A DNA stretch of 64,000 bases from Lachnospiraceae bacterium (GTDB lineage Bacteria; Bacillota; Clostridia; Lachnospirales; Lachnospiraceae): positions 3,669 to 67,668 of the forward strand of contig JAQYAY010000038.1 in assembly GCA_029338735.1 (NCBI GenBank), read 5' to 3'. Under the pieces are notes generated by a model, which was not told the DNA's origin, did not search any database, and saw nothing but the letters and a program-made list of their open reading frames with translations. This document shows, piece by piece, positions 46,548 to 54,808 of this stretch. The position numbers and the translations under genes are program-made. Numbering within the stretch: position 1 is the stretch's first letter; each line of letters begins with the position of its first letter.

Positions 46548-47735
46548 TCAGTCACGCTCAACGATAGTAGCACATCCCATGCCGCCACCGATACAGAGTG
46601 TTGCAAGACCCTTCTTGGCATCTCTCTTCTCCATCTCGTGAAGAAGTGTAACAAGAATACGGCAGCCTGAAGCTCCTACTGGATGTCCAAGAGCGATTGC
46701 TCCACCGTTTACATTGACCTTGCTCATATCGAACTTGAGCTCCTTGGCTACTGCAACTGACTGAGCTGCAAATGCCTCGTTAGCCTCGATGAGATCCATA
46801 TCATCAACTGAAAGGCCTGTTCTCTTCATAACGTTCTTAACAGCTGCTACAGGGCCAACACCCATGATCTTCGGATCTACGCCGCCCATAGCGCCGCCAA
46901 CGAAGTATGCCATTGGCTTGACACCAAGCTCTTTAGCCTTCTCCTCTGTCATGAGTACGACTGCTGCTGCACCATCATTGATTCCTGATGCGTTTCCGGC
47001 TGTTACTACTCCGCCTTCAACACCTGATGCGCAGCGAAGCTTGGCAAGACCCTCTGCTGTGATTCCTGCACGAGGTCCCTCATCCTTATCGATTACGATA
47101 TCACCCTTCTTGCGGTCATGAATTGTGATAGGTACGATCTCATCCTTAAACTTGCCATCAGCGATAGCCTTCTGACACTTCTGCTGTGAATTAGCTGCGA
47201 ACTCGTCGAGCTCCTCACGAGTGAGCTTCCACTGCTTTGCAACGTTCTCTGCAGTAACCATCATATGATACTGGTTGAATGCATCCCAGAGTGCATCATT
47301 GATCATTGTATCTACAAGTACGCCGTTATTCATACGATATCCGAAACGTGCCTTGTCAAGAGCGAACGGTGCACGTGACATGGACTCTGTACCACCTGCA
47401 ACTACGATATCAGCCTGTCCGGCCATGATCATGTTTGCAGCTTCATTGACGCACTTAAGTCCTGATCCACAGACTGCATTCAGTGTAACTGCTGGTACCT
47501 CAACAGGAAGTCCTGCCTTGATTGATACCTGTCTTGCTACGTTCTGTCCAAGTCCGGCCTGGATAACGCATCCGAACTTAACCTCGTCTACCTGATCTCC
47601 CGGCACATTGGCACGCTTGAGAGCTTCCTTAACAACTGTAGCTCCCATATCTACTGCTGATACGGTAGAGAGCTCTCCGCCCATCTTACCGATTGCTGTA
47701 CGGCATGCTCCTGCCAGAACAATTCTTCCTGCCAT
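46548..47735 (-). CDS. thl: Acetyl-CoA acetyltransferase (thiolase)
   Basis: The track ORF is over-extended. The start [20 protein letters not shown] at 47735 follows AAAAGGAGAC. The thiolase active-site motifs ([16 protein letters not shown] and the CIGGGMG region) are present. Confidence 0.95.
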   Translation of the reverse strand: MAGRIVLAGACRTAIGKMGGELSTVSAVDMGATVVKEALKRANVPGDQVDEVKFGCVIQAGLGQNVARQVSIKAGLPVEVPAVTLNAVCGSGLKCVNEAANMIMAGQADIVVAGGTESMSRAPFALDKARFGYRMNNGVLVDTMINDALWDAFNQYHMMVTAENVAKQWKLTREELDEFAANSQQKCQKAIADGKFKDEIVPITIHDRKKGDIVIDKDEGPRAGITAEGLAKLRCASGVEGGVVTAGNASGINDGAAAVVLMTEEKAKELGVKPMAYFVGGAMGGVDPKIMGVGPVAAVKNVMKRTGLSVDDMDLIEANEAFAAQSVAVAKELKFDMSKVNVNGGAIALGHPVGASGCRILVTLLHEMEKRDAKKGLATLCIGGGMGCATIVERD

Positions 47736-47753
47736 GTCACGTCTCCTTTTCTG

Positions 47754-47765
47754 GCGCTTTCGCGC
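47754..47765 (-). promoter_or_regulatory. GCGC-GAAA-GCGC tetraloop hairpin in the thl 5' UTR
   Basis: The 12-mer gcgcgaaagcgc (minus strand) lies about 19 nt upstream of the thl ATG. It is identical to the 12-mer in the cysE leader (4634-4645). Confidence 0.45.
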
Positions 47766-47827
47766 ACTTTGCTTTCCATGGAAAATGCGGTTTCCTGTTT
47801 CAATTTGTTTCCTGAAAAATACCAAGT

Positions 47828-47845
47828 CTGTTAAAAATTTAACAA
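47828..47845. promoter_or_regulatory. Rex (redox-sensing repressor) operator candidate
   Basis: The minus-strand sequence TTGTTAAATTTTTAACAG matches the Rex consensus TTGTTAANNNNTTAACAA at 13/14 specified positions. It lies between the thl promoter and the start codon. Confidence 0.6.
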
Positions 47846-47888
47846 TCTTTAACAAAAAATATAAGCCGCCGCACCGGCTACGCTTCAT

Positions 47889-47917
47889 ACTTTACCACAT
47901 ACGACGACTCATATCAA
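47889..47917 (-). promoter_or_regulatory. Sigma-70-type promoter of the thl operon
   Basis: On the minus strand: TTGATA (47917-47912), a 17-nt spacer, then TGG-TAAAGT (extended -10, 47894-47889). Confidence 0.55.
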
Positions 47918-47941
47918 GTGATTTTTTGTAAAAAAGAGAAT

Positions 47942-48931
47942 TTATGGATTGCACCTCTTGCACGGGCTGTAACCCTCGCTGATCAGCGTTTTCCTCTTTT
48001 CCTTAACAGTTTTCTTATTGTGATCTGCCATCTGTCTGACTGATGAACATGATGGCTTGTGAAACTTTTTCGTGTTCGTATTCAGCACATAAGTGTGCTT
48101 GCCGCTGTCATTCTGGCGGCTTCTGCTGTTCTGGGTCTTCTGCTTCGTACTCGGAGTAGATCCCGTATACTCAGGTCCCTTGCTCGATCCATCCTTGTAA
48201 TTAATAGTCACTCCTGGCTGGACATTGTAGCAGAAGGCGCAGAACCTCACTCCGCGGCCCTTATCCTCTATACTCTCCGCTTCCATCAGGACTCCGCGGG
48301 CAAGCAGTTCCTTTCCCTTGAAAACAGGAGTAACACGATACAGAACATGATCATCCGGATTGCTATGCAGGTAATCTGCCACCTCGTCCTCAAACGGCAG
48401 CATGCCCTCAATATTCAGGTATCTCGTGCCGGTAATGAGATTCTCTTCATTCGCATTCTCACCGGTGAGCTGATATCCTATCAGATGGCACCTGTTGTAG
48501 AGGTAATTCCCGTCAATTCCGGCATACTTCACCGTGTGCCAGCCACTCGGGCGGATCATCCCGATAGCACCCCTTGCCTTATCAGGCATCAGATCTGTAC
48601 CAATATTCGCAATTGTAGTCGTACATCTGCCACGGCTGTCAAGACTTCCATACTTCTCATATGACCGACTGCTCTTCAGCTGCTCCGATGTGAAATATGG
48701 CTTGTTGTGGTTGACCTTTACATATGCCTTCTTTCCATTCCATTCAGGGACATCTTCGCTATATGAAAAGCCCTTCGGGACTGGGTTGGCTTCTGCGTCA
48801 ACTACTGCATTTGTAATCTGCTGCCCACTCAGGTCAGCTCCCGTGCCTGCTGCTGATGCAATTATCAAAAAAGCGACCAGCAGTCCAGCGGGAACTGCCC
48901 TGATCGCTTTAATAAATCTGTTATTCTTCAT
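47942..48931 (-). CDS. Secreted/anchored DNA/RNA non-specific (DNA-entry type) nuclease with a C-terminal Ada-like Cys motif
   Basis: 329 aa. The N-terminus is a signal/anchor. The nuclease core is LDSRGRC...NRCHLIGYQLTGENANEENLITGTRYLN. The C-terminus is FHKPSCSSV...GYSPCKRCNP. Confidence 0.7.
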   Translation of the reverse strand: MKNNRFIKAIRAVPAGLLVAFLIIASAAGTGADLSGQQITNAVVDAEANPVPKGFSYSEDVPEWNGKKAYVKVNHNKPYFTSEQLKSSRSYEKYGSLDSRGRCTTTIANIGTDLMPDKARGAIGMIRPSGWHTVKYAGIDGNYLYNRCHLIGYQLTGENANEENLITGTRYLNIEGMLPFEDEVADYLHSNPDDHVLYRVTPVFKGKELLARGVLMEAESIEDKGRGVRFCAFCYNVQPGVTINYKDGSSKGPEYTGSTPSTKQKTQNSRSRQNDSGKHTYVLNTNTKKFHKPSCSSVRQMADHNKKTVKEKRKTLISEGYSPCKRCNP

Positions 48932-49206
48932 TAGTCGTTACTCGATGATGTCAGACTGCTGGTATAATTGTCAATTGCAGAAAGGTCAATAGGTGTGACA
49001 ACCTTTTCCTTGCTGGCAGCTGCCTGCTGGCTGGCTGTCCTTACTTTTCCATATACGGACCATCCGATCCAGACTGCAAGAGCGGCGCATATCGCAACTG
49101 ATGCCAGTCCTATCAGAAATCTGTTTCTCTTCTGTTTCTTCACTATCTGCTTCCTGTGAAGCTTCTCTTCCTTATGCTCTTCTACCTTTGCCTGACTCAT
49201 GAACAC
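48931..49206 (-). CDS. Hypothetical single-pass membrane protein
   Basis: 91 aa. It has a basic N-terminus and the TM FLIGLASVAICAALAVWIGW. It is translationally coupled to the nuclease gene. Confidence 0.45.
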   Translation of the reverse strand: MFMSQAKVEEHKEEKLHRKQIVKKQKRNRFLIGLASVAICAALAVWIGWSVYGKVRTASQQAAASKEKVVTPIDLSAIDNYTSSLTSSSND

Positions 49207-49330
49207 TAACTCCTTTTATAATACTAGTGATTCCGTACCATAAGAATCATCTTTTCTATTATACTGAATCATGGCCTGCTTTTCAACAGGAGATTTATCT
49301 GCGATTCTGCTCTGGATTTTTAGTGATGAT

Positions 49331-49777
49331 TTACGATGCTGATTCCTGATCTTTTACTTCTTTTCTTATATCCTTCAGAACATCTGCAATTGTATATTTC
49401 TTCAGATCATTCTCGAAATTTCTCTGTGCGTCAGCAAGCCTGCTGTCAAGGGCCGCATGGATATTTCTGCCAACAGGGCAGTTCGGATTCGGATTGTCAT
49501 GAAAATTGAACAGATGGTCCTTATTTTTCTCGACTGCCTCATACACATCGTAGAATGTGATCTGATCCAGCGACTTCTCGATCTGGATCCCGCCAGGTCC
49601 GCGCTTCGTCGAAATGATGCCTGCGCTCTGCAGGTCAGACATTATATTCCTGATGATCACAGGATTGCTGCCTATACTTGATGCCAGAAAGTCACTTGTA
49701 ACCTTATATTCTCCGCTAAAATAATCTACAGCCGCAAGAAGATGAATTGCTATTGTAAACTTTGTAGAAATCTGCAT
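49331..49777 (-). CDS. Rrf2 family transcriptional regulator
   Basis: The start MQISTKFTIAIHLL at 49777 follows AAAGGAG; the track ORF is extended to 49828. The wHTH is present, with no obvious 3-Cys cluster. Confidence 0.8.
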   Translation of the reverse strand: MQISTKFTIAIHLLAAVDYFSGEYKVTSDFLASSIGSNPVIIRNIMSDLQSAGIISTKRGPGGIQIEKSLDQITFYDVYEAVEKNKDHLFNFHDNPNPNCPVGRNIHAALDSRLADAQRNFENDLKKYTIADVLKDIRKEVKDQESAS

Positions 49778-49913
49778 TAAAAAATACTCCTTTAAAAACA
49801 TTTTCATTCCATCAGGAATCCTATTCATGTAATATAAATAATTGCATCATTTTTGTCAAGATGCAGGCCTTCTGATTTTGTGATAGAATAGCGGAAAAAG
49901 AAAGGAATACAAT

Positions 49914-50846
49914 ATGAATATAGTTTTTCTGGACAGAAAATCATTAGGTGACGACCTCGATCTCTCAGAGTTCAAAAAACTCGGCAATGTAACTGAATAC
50001 GGATTTACTGAGACCGCTGATATCCCTGAAAGGGCTAAGGATGCTGACATCCTGATCGTCAACAAGACTCTGGTCAATGAGCAGACCATAGGCACTGCCA
50101 CTCATCTCAGGGCTGTCTGTGTGACCGCAACAGGCGTAAACAATATAGACATCCCTTATCTTGAGAGCCGTGGCATAGGCTGGCACAATGTGGCCGGATA
50201 TTCAACTGATTCAGTTGCACAGCATACTATTGCCATCGCTCTTTATATGTACGAGCACCTGCCGTACTACGACGATTATACCAGAACAGGAAAATATGCT
50301 TCTGACACGCTCTTTACGCATTTTGCAAAGACCTTCCATGAACTCACGGGCAAGCAGTGGGGTATCGTCGGTCTCGGGGCCATTGGTCACAGAGTCGCAG
50401 AAATTGCATCTGTGCTTGGCTGCAACGTCGTATACTATTCTACTTCCGGAGTTGAGCGTCATGAGAAGTATCCTCGTCTCGACTGGGACGAATTCCTTGA
50501 GACATCAGACATTATCTCTATTCATTCTCCGCTGAACAGCCATACTGAGGGACTGTTCAATACAGCTGCTTTTGAAAAAATGAAATCTGATGCTCTCCTT
50601 GTAAACGTGGCCAGGGGTCAGATCGTAAATGAGCAGGATCTCGCCGATGCTCTCGACGATGGCACAATTGGTGCAGCTGCGCTTGATACGCTTTCCAGAG
50701 AGCCAATGGCAGCTGACAGTCCTTTCCTTCGCATGAAAAATAAGGACCGCATCCTCATCACTCCGCATATTGGCTGGGCTTCAACAGAGGCCAGACAGAG
50801 GCTCATGAAAATAATACTCGAACAGGTAAAGGAAGAAATAAAGTAA
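49914..50846 (+). CDS. D-isomer-specific 2-hydroxyacid dehydrogenase (glycerate dehydrogenase-like)
   Basis: 310 aa. The NAD motif is GIVGLGAIGHRVA. The catalytic R/E/H context is NVARG...TPHIGWAS. Confidence 0.85.
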   Translation: MNIVFLDRKSLGDDLDLSEFKKLGNVTEYGFTETADIPERAKDADILIVNKTLVNEQTIGTATHLRAVCVTATGVNNIDIPYLESRGIGWHNVAGYSTDSVAQHTIAIALYMYEHLPYYDDYTRTGKYASDTLFTHFAKTFHELTGKQWGIVGLGAIGHRVAEIASVLGCNVVYYSTSGVERHEKYPRLDWDEFLETSDIISIHSPLNSHTEGLFNTAAFEKMKSDALLVNVARGQIVNEQDLADALDDGTIGAAALDTLSREPMAADSPFLRMKNKDRILITPHIGWASTEARQRLMKIILEQVKEEIK

Positions 50847-50880
50847 AAAAAGATCCCAGAAGCAACAACGCTTCTGGGAT
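50845..50880. terminator. Bidirectional terminator (dehydrogenase gene / tRNA operon)
   Basis: The 11-bp stem atcccagaagc/gcttctgggat has an A-run on one side, which gives U7 on the minus strand. Confidence 0.7.
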
Positions 50881-50887
50881 AATATAG

Positions 50888-50961
50888 CGTGCCCGAGAGG
50901 ATTCGAACCCCCGACACCTTGGTCCGTAGCCAAGTGCTCTATCCAGCTGAGCTACGAGCAC
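50888..50961 (-). tRNA. tRNA-Arg (ACG)
   Basis: The cloverleaf was read by eye: acceptor GUGCUCG/CGGGCAC and anticodon arm CUUGG-CUACGGA-CCAAG. No CCA is encoded. Confidence 0.85.
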
Positions 50962-51030
50962 ACACTAAATGACCGGTAATGGCCTTACGCAACTTCTATT
51001 ATTATAGCACAATCGAAAAGACTATGCAAA

Positions 51031-51114
51031 TGCCGGCGACCGGGATCGAACCGGTACGATGTCACCACCACAGGATTTTAAGTCCTGCGCGTCTGCCAGT
51101 TCCGCCACGCCGGC
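51031..51114 (-). tRNA. tRNA-Leu (UAA)
   Basis: The acceptor is GCCGGCG/CGCCGGC and the anticodon loop is CUUAAAA. A long variable arm is present. Confidence 0.85.
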
Positions 51115-51232
51115 TCGTTGACGCAAGTTCTGCTTCCTCGCGTCTGTCTTGAAAAGCAGACAGACGCAAAATTCGCTCCACTGCGTCTCCTCTCCCCACG
51201 AAGCAGGCTTCGTGGGGTACTGGACACTCCGC
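51115..51232 (-). other. 118-nt structured spacer between tRNA-Asp and tRNA-Leu
   Basis: It contains two perfect 10-bp hairpins: ccccacgaag/cttcgtgggg and gcgtctgtct/agacagacgc. Alternative GACGC/GCGTC pairings are also possible. It ends in acttgcgt, like the leader before tRNA-Glu. Confidence 0.6.
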
Positions 51233-51306
51233 CGACCTGAGAGGGGTTCGAACCCTCGACCTCCGCCGTGACAGGGCGGCGCTCTAACCAACTGAGCCAC
51301 CAGGCC
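51233..51306 (-). tRNA. tRNA-Asp (GUC)
   Basis: The acceptor is GGCCUGG/UCAGGUC (two G-U pairs). The anticodon arm is CCGCC-CUGUCAC-GGCGG. Confidence 0.8.
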
Positions 51307-51329
51307 TCACTCCGTAAATTACGGATAAG

Positions 51330-51403
51330 TGGATCCTCGGGGACTCGAACCCAGGACCGACCGGTTATGAGCCGGTTGCTCTAACCAACTGAGCTAAGGA
51401 TCC
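51330..51403 (-). tRNA. tRNA with CAU anticodon (elongator Met or lysidine-modified Ile2)
   Basis: The acceptor is GGAUCCU/AGGAUCC. The anticodon arm is ACCGG-CUCAUAA-CCGGU. The T stem has one U-C mismatch. Confidence 0.8.
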
Positions 51404-51429
51404 GGACGGGTAGCAAAGACCCGATTAAC

Positions 51430-51501
51430 TGACTCCGACGGGAATTGAACCCGTGTTACCGCCGTGAAAGGGCGATGTCTTAACCGCTTGACCACGGAGC
51501 C
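51430..51501 (-). tRNA. tRNA-Glu (UUC)
   Basis: The acceptor is GGCUCCG/CGGAGUC. The anticodon arm is UCGCC-CUUUCAC-GGCGG. Confidence 0.85.
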
Positions 51502-51533
51502 ATACGCAAGTCGCTCATATCCGCGACTTGTCT

Positions 51534-51562
51534 ATAATATCACAAAGCGCTCATCAATGCAA
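51534..51562 (-). promoter_or_regulatory. Sigma-70-type promoter of the tRNA operon
   Basis: On the minus strand: TTGCAT (51562-51557), a 17-nt spacer, then TATTAT (51539-51534). Confidence 0.6.
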
Positions 51563-51573
51563 GAACTTTTTTC

Positions 51574-52221
51574 TTAATTTCCAAAATAATAATTGAATCC
51601 ATTGCCATAATGATTCATATAATCCTGAAATGCATTCATCAGATCCAGATTTCTTGCAAAAAGAATCACAGTTATCACAAGAAGCGCAAGAGATATGATT
51701 CCGCACACAATTCCTGCAATGGCAAATGCATTGCCTTTTCTCCTGGATAAAGAGACTGCACCAAAAATTATTGCAAGAACAGCCGGAAGAATATTCAGGA
51801 ATGAGCAGAAACATAGCAACGAAATGATACCAAGTACCATTGAAGCAATACCGAATCCTCTCGAATTGTCCGGCTGGTAGTATCCGTTGTATCCGTAATT
51901 CTGGTACGGATTCTGCTGATATTGACTGTTCTGTCTGTACTGACTGTTGTATGAATTTTCTCCGCCAGACTGCTGACCATTCCTGTATGCCTGCCACTGA
52001 TCAGGATTCACGCGGCTCTGATTCCACTGATTCTGATGCTGCGACTGCTGTTGATTATTGTTGGCATTATCATTCTGATCGTGACCCACGGCCTGCTGCC
52101 CTGCATTTTCATTATCATCAGAATCTTCGACAGTCTCTTCTGCAAAGATATCATCGTCCAGAACATCTTTATCGTTCTGATCGTTATTCCCATCATTATT
52201 GAAAAAATCGTTATTATCCAT
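51574..52221 (-). CDS. DUF4190-like membrane protein with an Asn/Gln/Asp-rich low-complexity N-terminus
   Basis: 215 aa. The C-terminus has two TM helices (GIASMVLGIISLL..., AIAGIVCGIISLALLVI). The N-terminal 130 aa or so are N/Q/D-rich. Confidence 0.6.
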   Translation of the reverse strand: MDNNDFFNNDGNNDQNDKDVLDDDIFAEETVEDSDDNENAGQQAVGHDQNDNANNNQQQSQHQNQWNQSRVNPDQWQAYRNGQQSGGENSYNSQYRQNSQYQQNPYQNYGYNGYYQPDNSRGFGIASMVLGIISLLCFCSFLNILPAVLAIIFGAVSLSRRKGNAFAIAGIVCGIISLALLVITVILFARNLDLMNAFQDYMNHYGNGFNYYFGN

Positions 52222-52246
52222 AATGTTTTCTCCTGATTAAAATTTC

Positions 52247-52537
52247 TTAATTCTTTGGTGCCTTAAACGGGCTTATATTAAGGCTCGAAAAGTAAGATGC
52301 ACCAACTATAAATACCAGAATATATACGAATATATAGCATACTGCGATCACCAGGCCACAGATCACAAGTCTGTCATTTTTTTCACTGTTCTTGCCATGA
52401 AGAAAAGCGAACACTACAGATGCAACAGCTGACGCAAGTCCTAAGTACCATCTCAGGCAGCTGAGAAGCAGTGCAGCTATACTAAGAGTCAAGCACAATA
52501 TCTTATATACTAATATTTTTCTGTCATTTTTATCCAT
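52247..52537 (-). CDS. Hypothetical small membrane protein
   Basis: 96 aa with three hydrophobic helices. Confidence 0.45.
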   Translation of the reverse strand: MDKNDRKILVYKILCLTLSIAALLLSCLRWYLGLASAVASVVFAFLHGKNSEKNDRLVICGLVIAVCYIFVYILVFIVGASYFSSLNISPFKAPKN

Positions 52538-52567
52538 ATCTATGCTAATCTATGTTAAAATATATCA

Positions 52568-52707
52568 GAAGAGAGATGACACAGAATCCATGAGAGACCT
52601 TTTGAGACGCCGGTGCATAAGCAGGTGTCCTTTACCTGCTTATGCACCGCTGCGTCTAAACATTAGCGAGAGCGTGTCTCGAATGGATTGCTGTGTCAGC
52701 TCTCTTC
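52568..52707 (+). ncRNA. Candidate structured cis-acting RNA element (copy B) in the 5' leader of the alpha/beta hydrolase gene
   Basis: The P1 stem is about 23 bp (gaagagagatgacacagaatccat / atggattgctgtgtcagctctcttc). P2 is gagac/gtctc, flanked by GA/GA. The long hairpin runs gacgccggtgcataagcaggt...acctgcttatgcaccgctgcgtc. The conserved segment is taaacattagcgagagcgtg. The element ends 16 nt before the ATG. Confidence 0.5.
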
Positions 52708-52723
52708 GGAAAGGATTACATAA

Positions 52724-53458
52724 ATGGTTATAGTTCTTGGTTCACAGGTCATATATTATGAGCATAAGGCTGGCAGGGACGGTGCAAAGCCACTGATACT
52801 GCTGCATGGAAATGGTGAGGATCACCATATTTTTGATACGCTCATGGATGCACTGGGTGATGAATATGAAATCTACGCACCTGATACCCGTGGTCATGGG
52901 ATGTCAGCCTGTCCTGAAGAGCTGCACTATTCTGATATGGCAGACGACCTCATGCATTTCATAATAGAACTATCCATAGACAGACCATTAATCGTCGGCT
53001 TCTCCGATGGAGCCATTACGGCATTGCTTTTTGCCACGATTCATTCCGATATGGCAAGTGGGATCATCTCCTGTGGGGCCAATACGACTCCGAAAGGCAT
53101 CACACTCAGTGAACGCTCACAGATCAAAAAAGCTTATAAAAAGAAAATCTCTTCAAAGAAAACTTTTGAAAAGACTCTCGATACCATATCAAGTGAAATC
53201 TACGCCGAGACAGGTACTCTTGAAAAGCTGATGCTCACAGAACCGGACATCTCAGATATAGCTCTTTCACATATCTCAGTTCCTGTCCTGGTGCTTGCCG
53301 GACAGAATGATGCTGTCAAAGAATCTGATACCAGGAAGATATATTCTTCAATCCCGAAAAGTGACATGCACATCATCCCTGGCGAAGACCATGGAAGCTA
53401 CATCATCAATTCTGATAAACTAAAACCATATATAGAAGGATTTGACAGCTTCTTCTAA
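52724..53458 (+). CDS. Alpha/beta hydrolase
   Basis: 244 aa. The HG oxyanion motif is LLHGNGED. The nucleophile elbow is GFSDG. The C-terminus has D...H. Confidence 0.8.
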   Translation: MVIVLGSQVIYYEHKAGRDGAKPLILLHGNGEDHHIFDTLMDALGDEYEIYAPDTRGHGMSACPEELHYSDMADDLMHFIIELSIDRPLIVGFSDGAITALLFATIHSDMASGIISCGANTTPKGITLSERSQIKKAYKKKISSKKTFEKTLDTISSEIYAETGTLEKLMLTEPDISDIALSHISVPVLVLAGQNDAVKESDTRKIYSSIPKSDMHIIPGEDHGSYIINSDKLKPYIEGFDSFF

Positions 53459-53482
53459 ACTGCCAGATCCTTATGATCTCTA

Positions 53483-54787
53483 TTAACTGTTCTTGACAGG
53501 ATGCTTTGGTATAAGCTTCTCAGTTCCACCCATGTATGGCTGAATAACCTTCGGGATGCTGACTGTACCATCGGCATTCAGATTGTTTTCAAGGAATGCA
53601 ATAAGCATACGAGGTGGTGCAACTACAGTATTATTAAGCGTATTTGCAAAATACTTCGTGCCATCTGCAGCTTTTACCCTGATTCCAAGTCTACGAGCCT
53701 GAGCATCTCCGAGATTTGAGCAGCTGCCTACCTCGAAATACTTCTGCTGTCTAGGGCTCCACGCCTCTACATCGCAGCTCTTTACCTTGAGGTCTGCGAG
53801 ATCTCCTGAGCAGCACTCAAGAGTACGTACAGGGATATCCATGCTTCTGAAGAGTTCTACAGTATAGCTCCAGAGCTTGTTGTACCAGTCCCAGGCCTCT
53901 TCCGGCTTGCAGACTACTATCATCTCCTGCTTCTCGAACTGATGGATACGGTATACACCACGCTCCTCAATACCATGAGCACCCTTCTCTTTTCTGAAAC
54001 AAGGTGAATATGATGTCATTGTATATGGAAGGTCTTCCTCATTATTGAGGGTATCCTTATAACGGCCGATCATTGAATGCTCTGAAGTACCAATAAGATA
54101 AAGGTCCTCGCCCTCGATCTTATACATCATGGCATCCATTTCCTCGAAGCTCATGACACCGTCAACGACTGCTGAATGGATCATGTAAGGAGGAATACAG
54201 TATGTAAATCCTTTATTGATCATGAAGTCTCTTGCGTATGCAAGGACTGCTGAATGAAGTCTTGCAATATCTCCGAGCAGGTAATAGAATCCGTTTCCAG
54301 CTACCTTTCCAGCGGCATCAAGATCGATTCCATCGAAACTCTCCATGATATCCGTATGATATGGGATAGGAAAATCAGGAACTACCGGATCACCAAATCT
54401 CTCGATCTCCTGATTGTATGAATCATCAGGACCGATCGGGACTGTAGGATCAATGATATTCGGGATCACCATCATATCATCGTGAACCTTCTCTGAGTAC
54501 TCTTTCTCCTTTTCCTCAAGCTCAGCGAGCTTGTCAGCCTGTGCAGTGACCTGTGCCTTGACCTTCTCGGCTTCGTCCTTTTTACCTTCCTTCATCAGGA
54601 CACCGATCTGTTTCGAGAGCTTATTTCTCTCGGCACGGAGATTGTCGGCCTCGCCTTTTGCCTCACGGGAGAGCTTGTCATACTTGAGTACTTCGTCTAC
54701 TAACGGAAGCTTCTTGTCCTGGAACTTCTTCTTGATGTTCTCACGGACAGCGTCCGGATTTTCTCTTAGAAATTTAATGTCTATCAT
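53483..54787 (-). CDS. serS: Seryl-tRNA synthetase
   Basis: 434 aa. It has an N-terminal coiled-coil arm and class II motifs, including FRKEKGAHGIEERGVYRIHQFEK. Confidence 0.95.
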   Translation of the reverse strand: MIDIKFLRENPDAVRENIKKKFQDKKLPLVDEVLKYDKLSREAKGEADNLRAERNKLSKQIGVLMKEGKKDEAEKVKAQVTAQADKLAELEEKEKEYSEKVHDDMMVIPNIIDPTVPIGPDDSYNQEIERFGDPVVPDFPIPYHTDIMESFDGIDLDAAGKVAGNGFYYLLGDIARLHSAVLAYARDFMINKGFTYCIPPYMIHSAVVDGVMSFEEMDAMMYKIEGEDLYLIGTSEHSMIGRYKDTLNNEEDLPYTMTSYSPCFRKEKGAHGIEERGVYRIHQFEKQEMIVVCKPEEAWDWYNKLWSYTVELFRSMDIPVRTLECCSGDLADLKVKSCDVEAWSPRQQKYFEVGSCSNLGDAQARRLGIRVKAADGTKYFANTLNNTVVAPPRMLIAFLENNLNADGTVSIPKVIQPYMGGTEKLIPKHPVKNS

Positions 54788-54808
54788 TTTATTAATAACT
54801 CCTATTCT

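Noticed and set aside
51022-51300. 92-aa minus-strand ORF in the ORF track
   Set aside because: It spans tRNA-Leu, the structured spacer and tRNA-Asp. The reading frame is a by-product of GC-rich RNA genes.
52542-52733. 63-aa plus-strand ORF upstream of the alpha/beta hydrolase gene
   Set aside because: - It coincides exactly with structured element copy B, whose stems impose the open frame.
- It has no SD.
- It ends out of frame inside the hydrolase start region.
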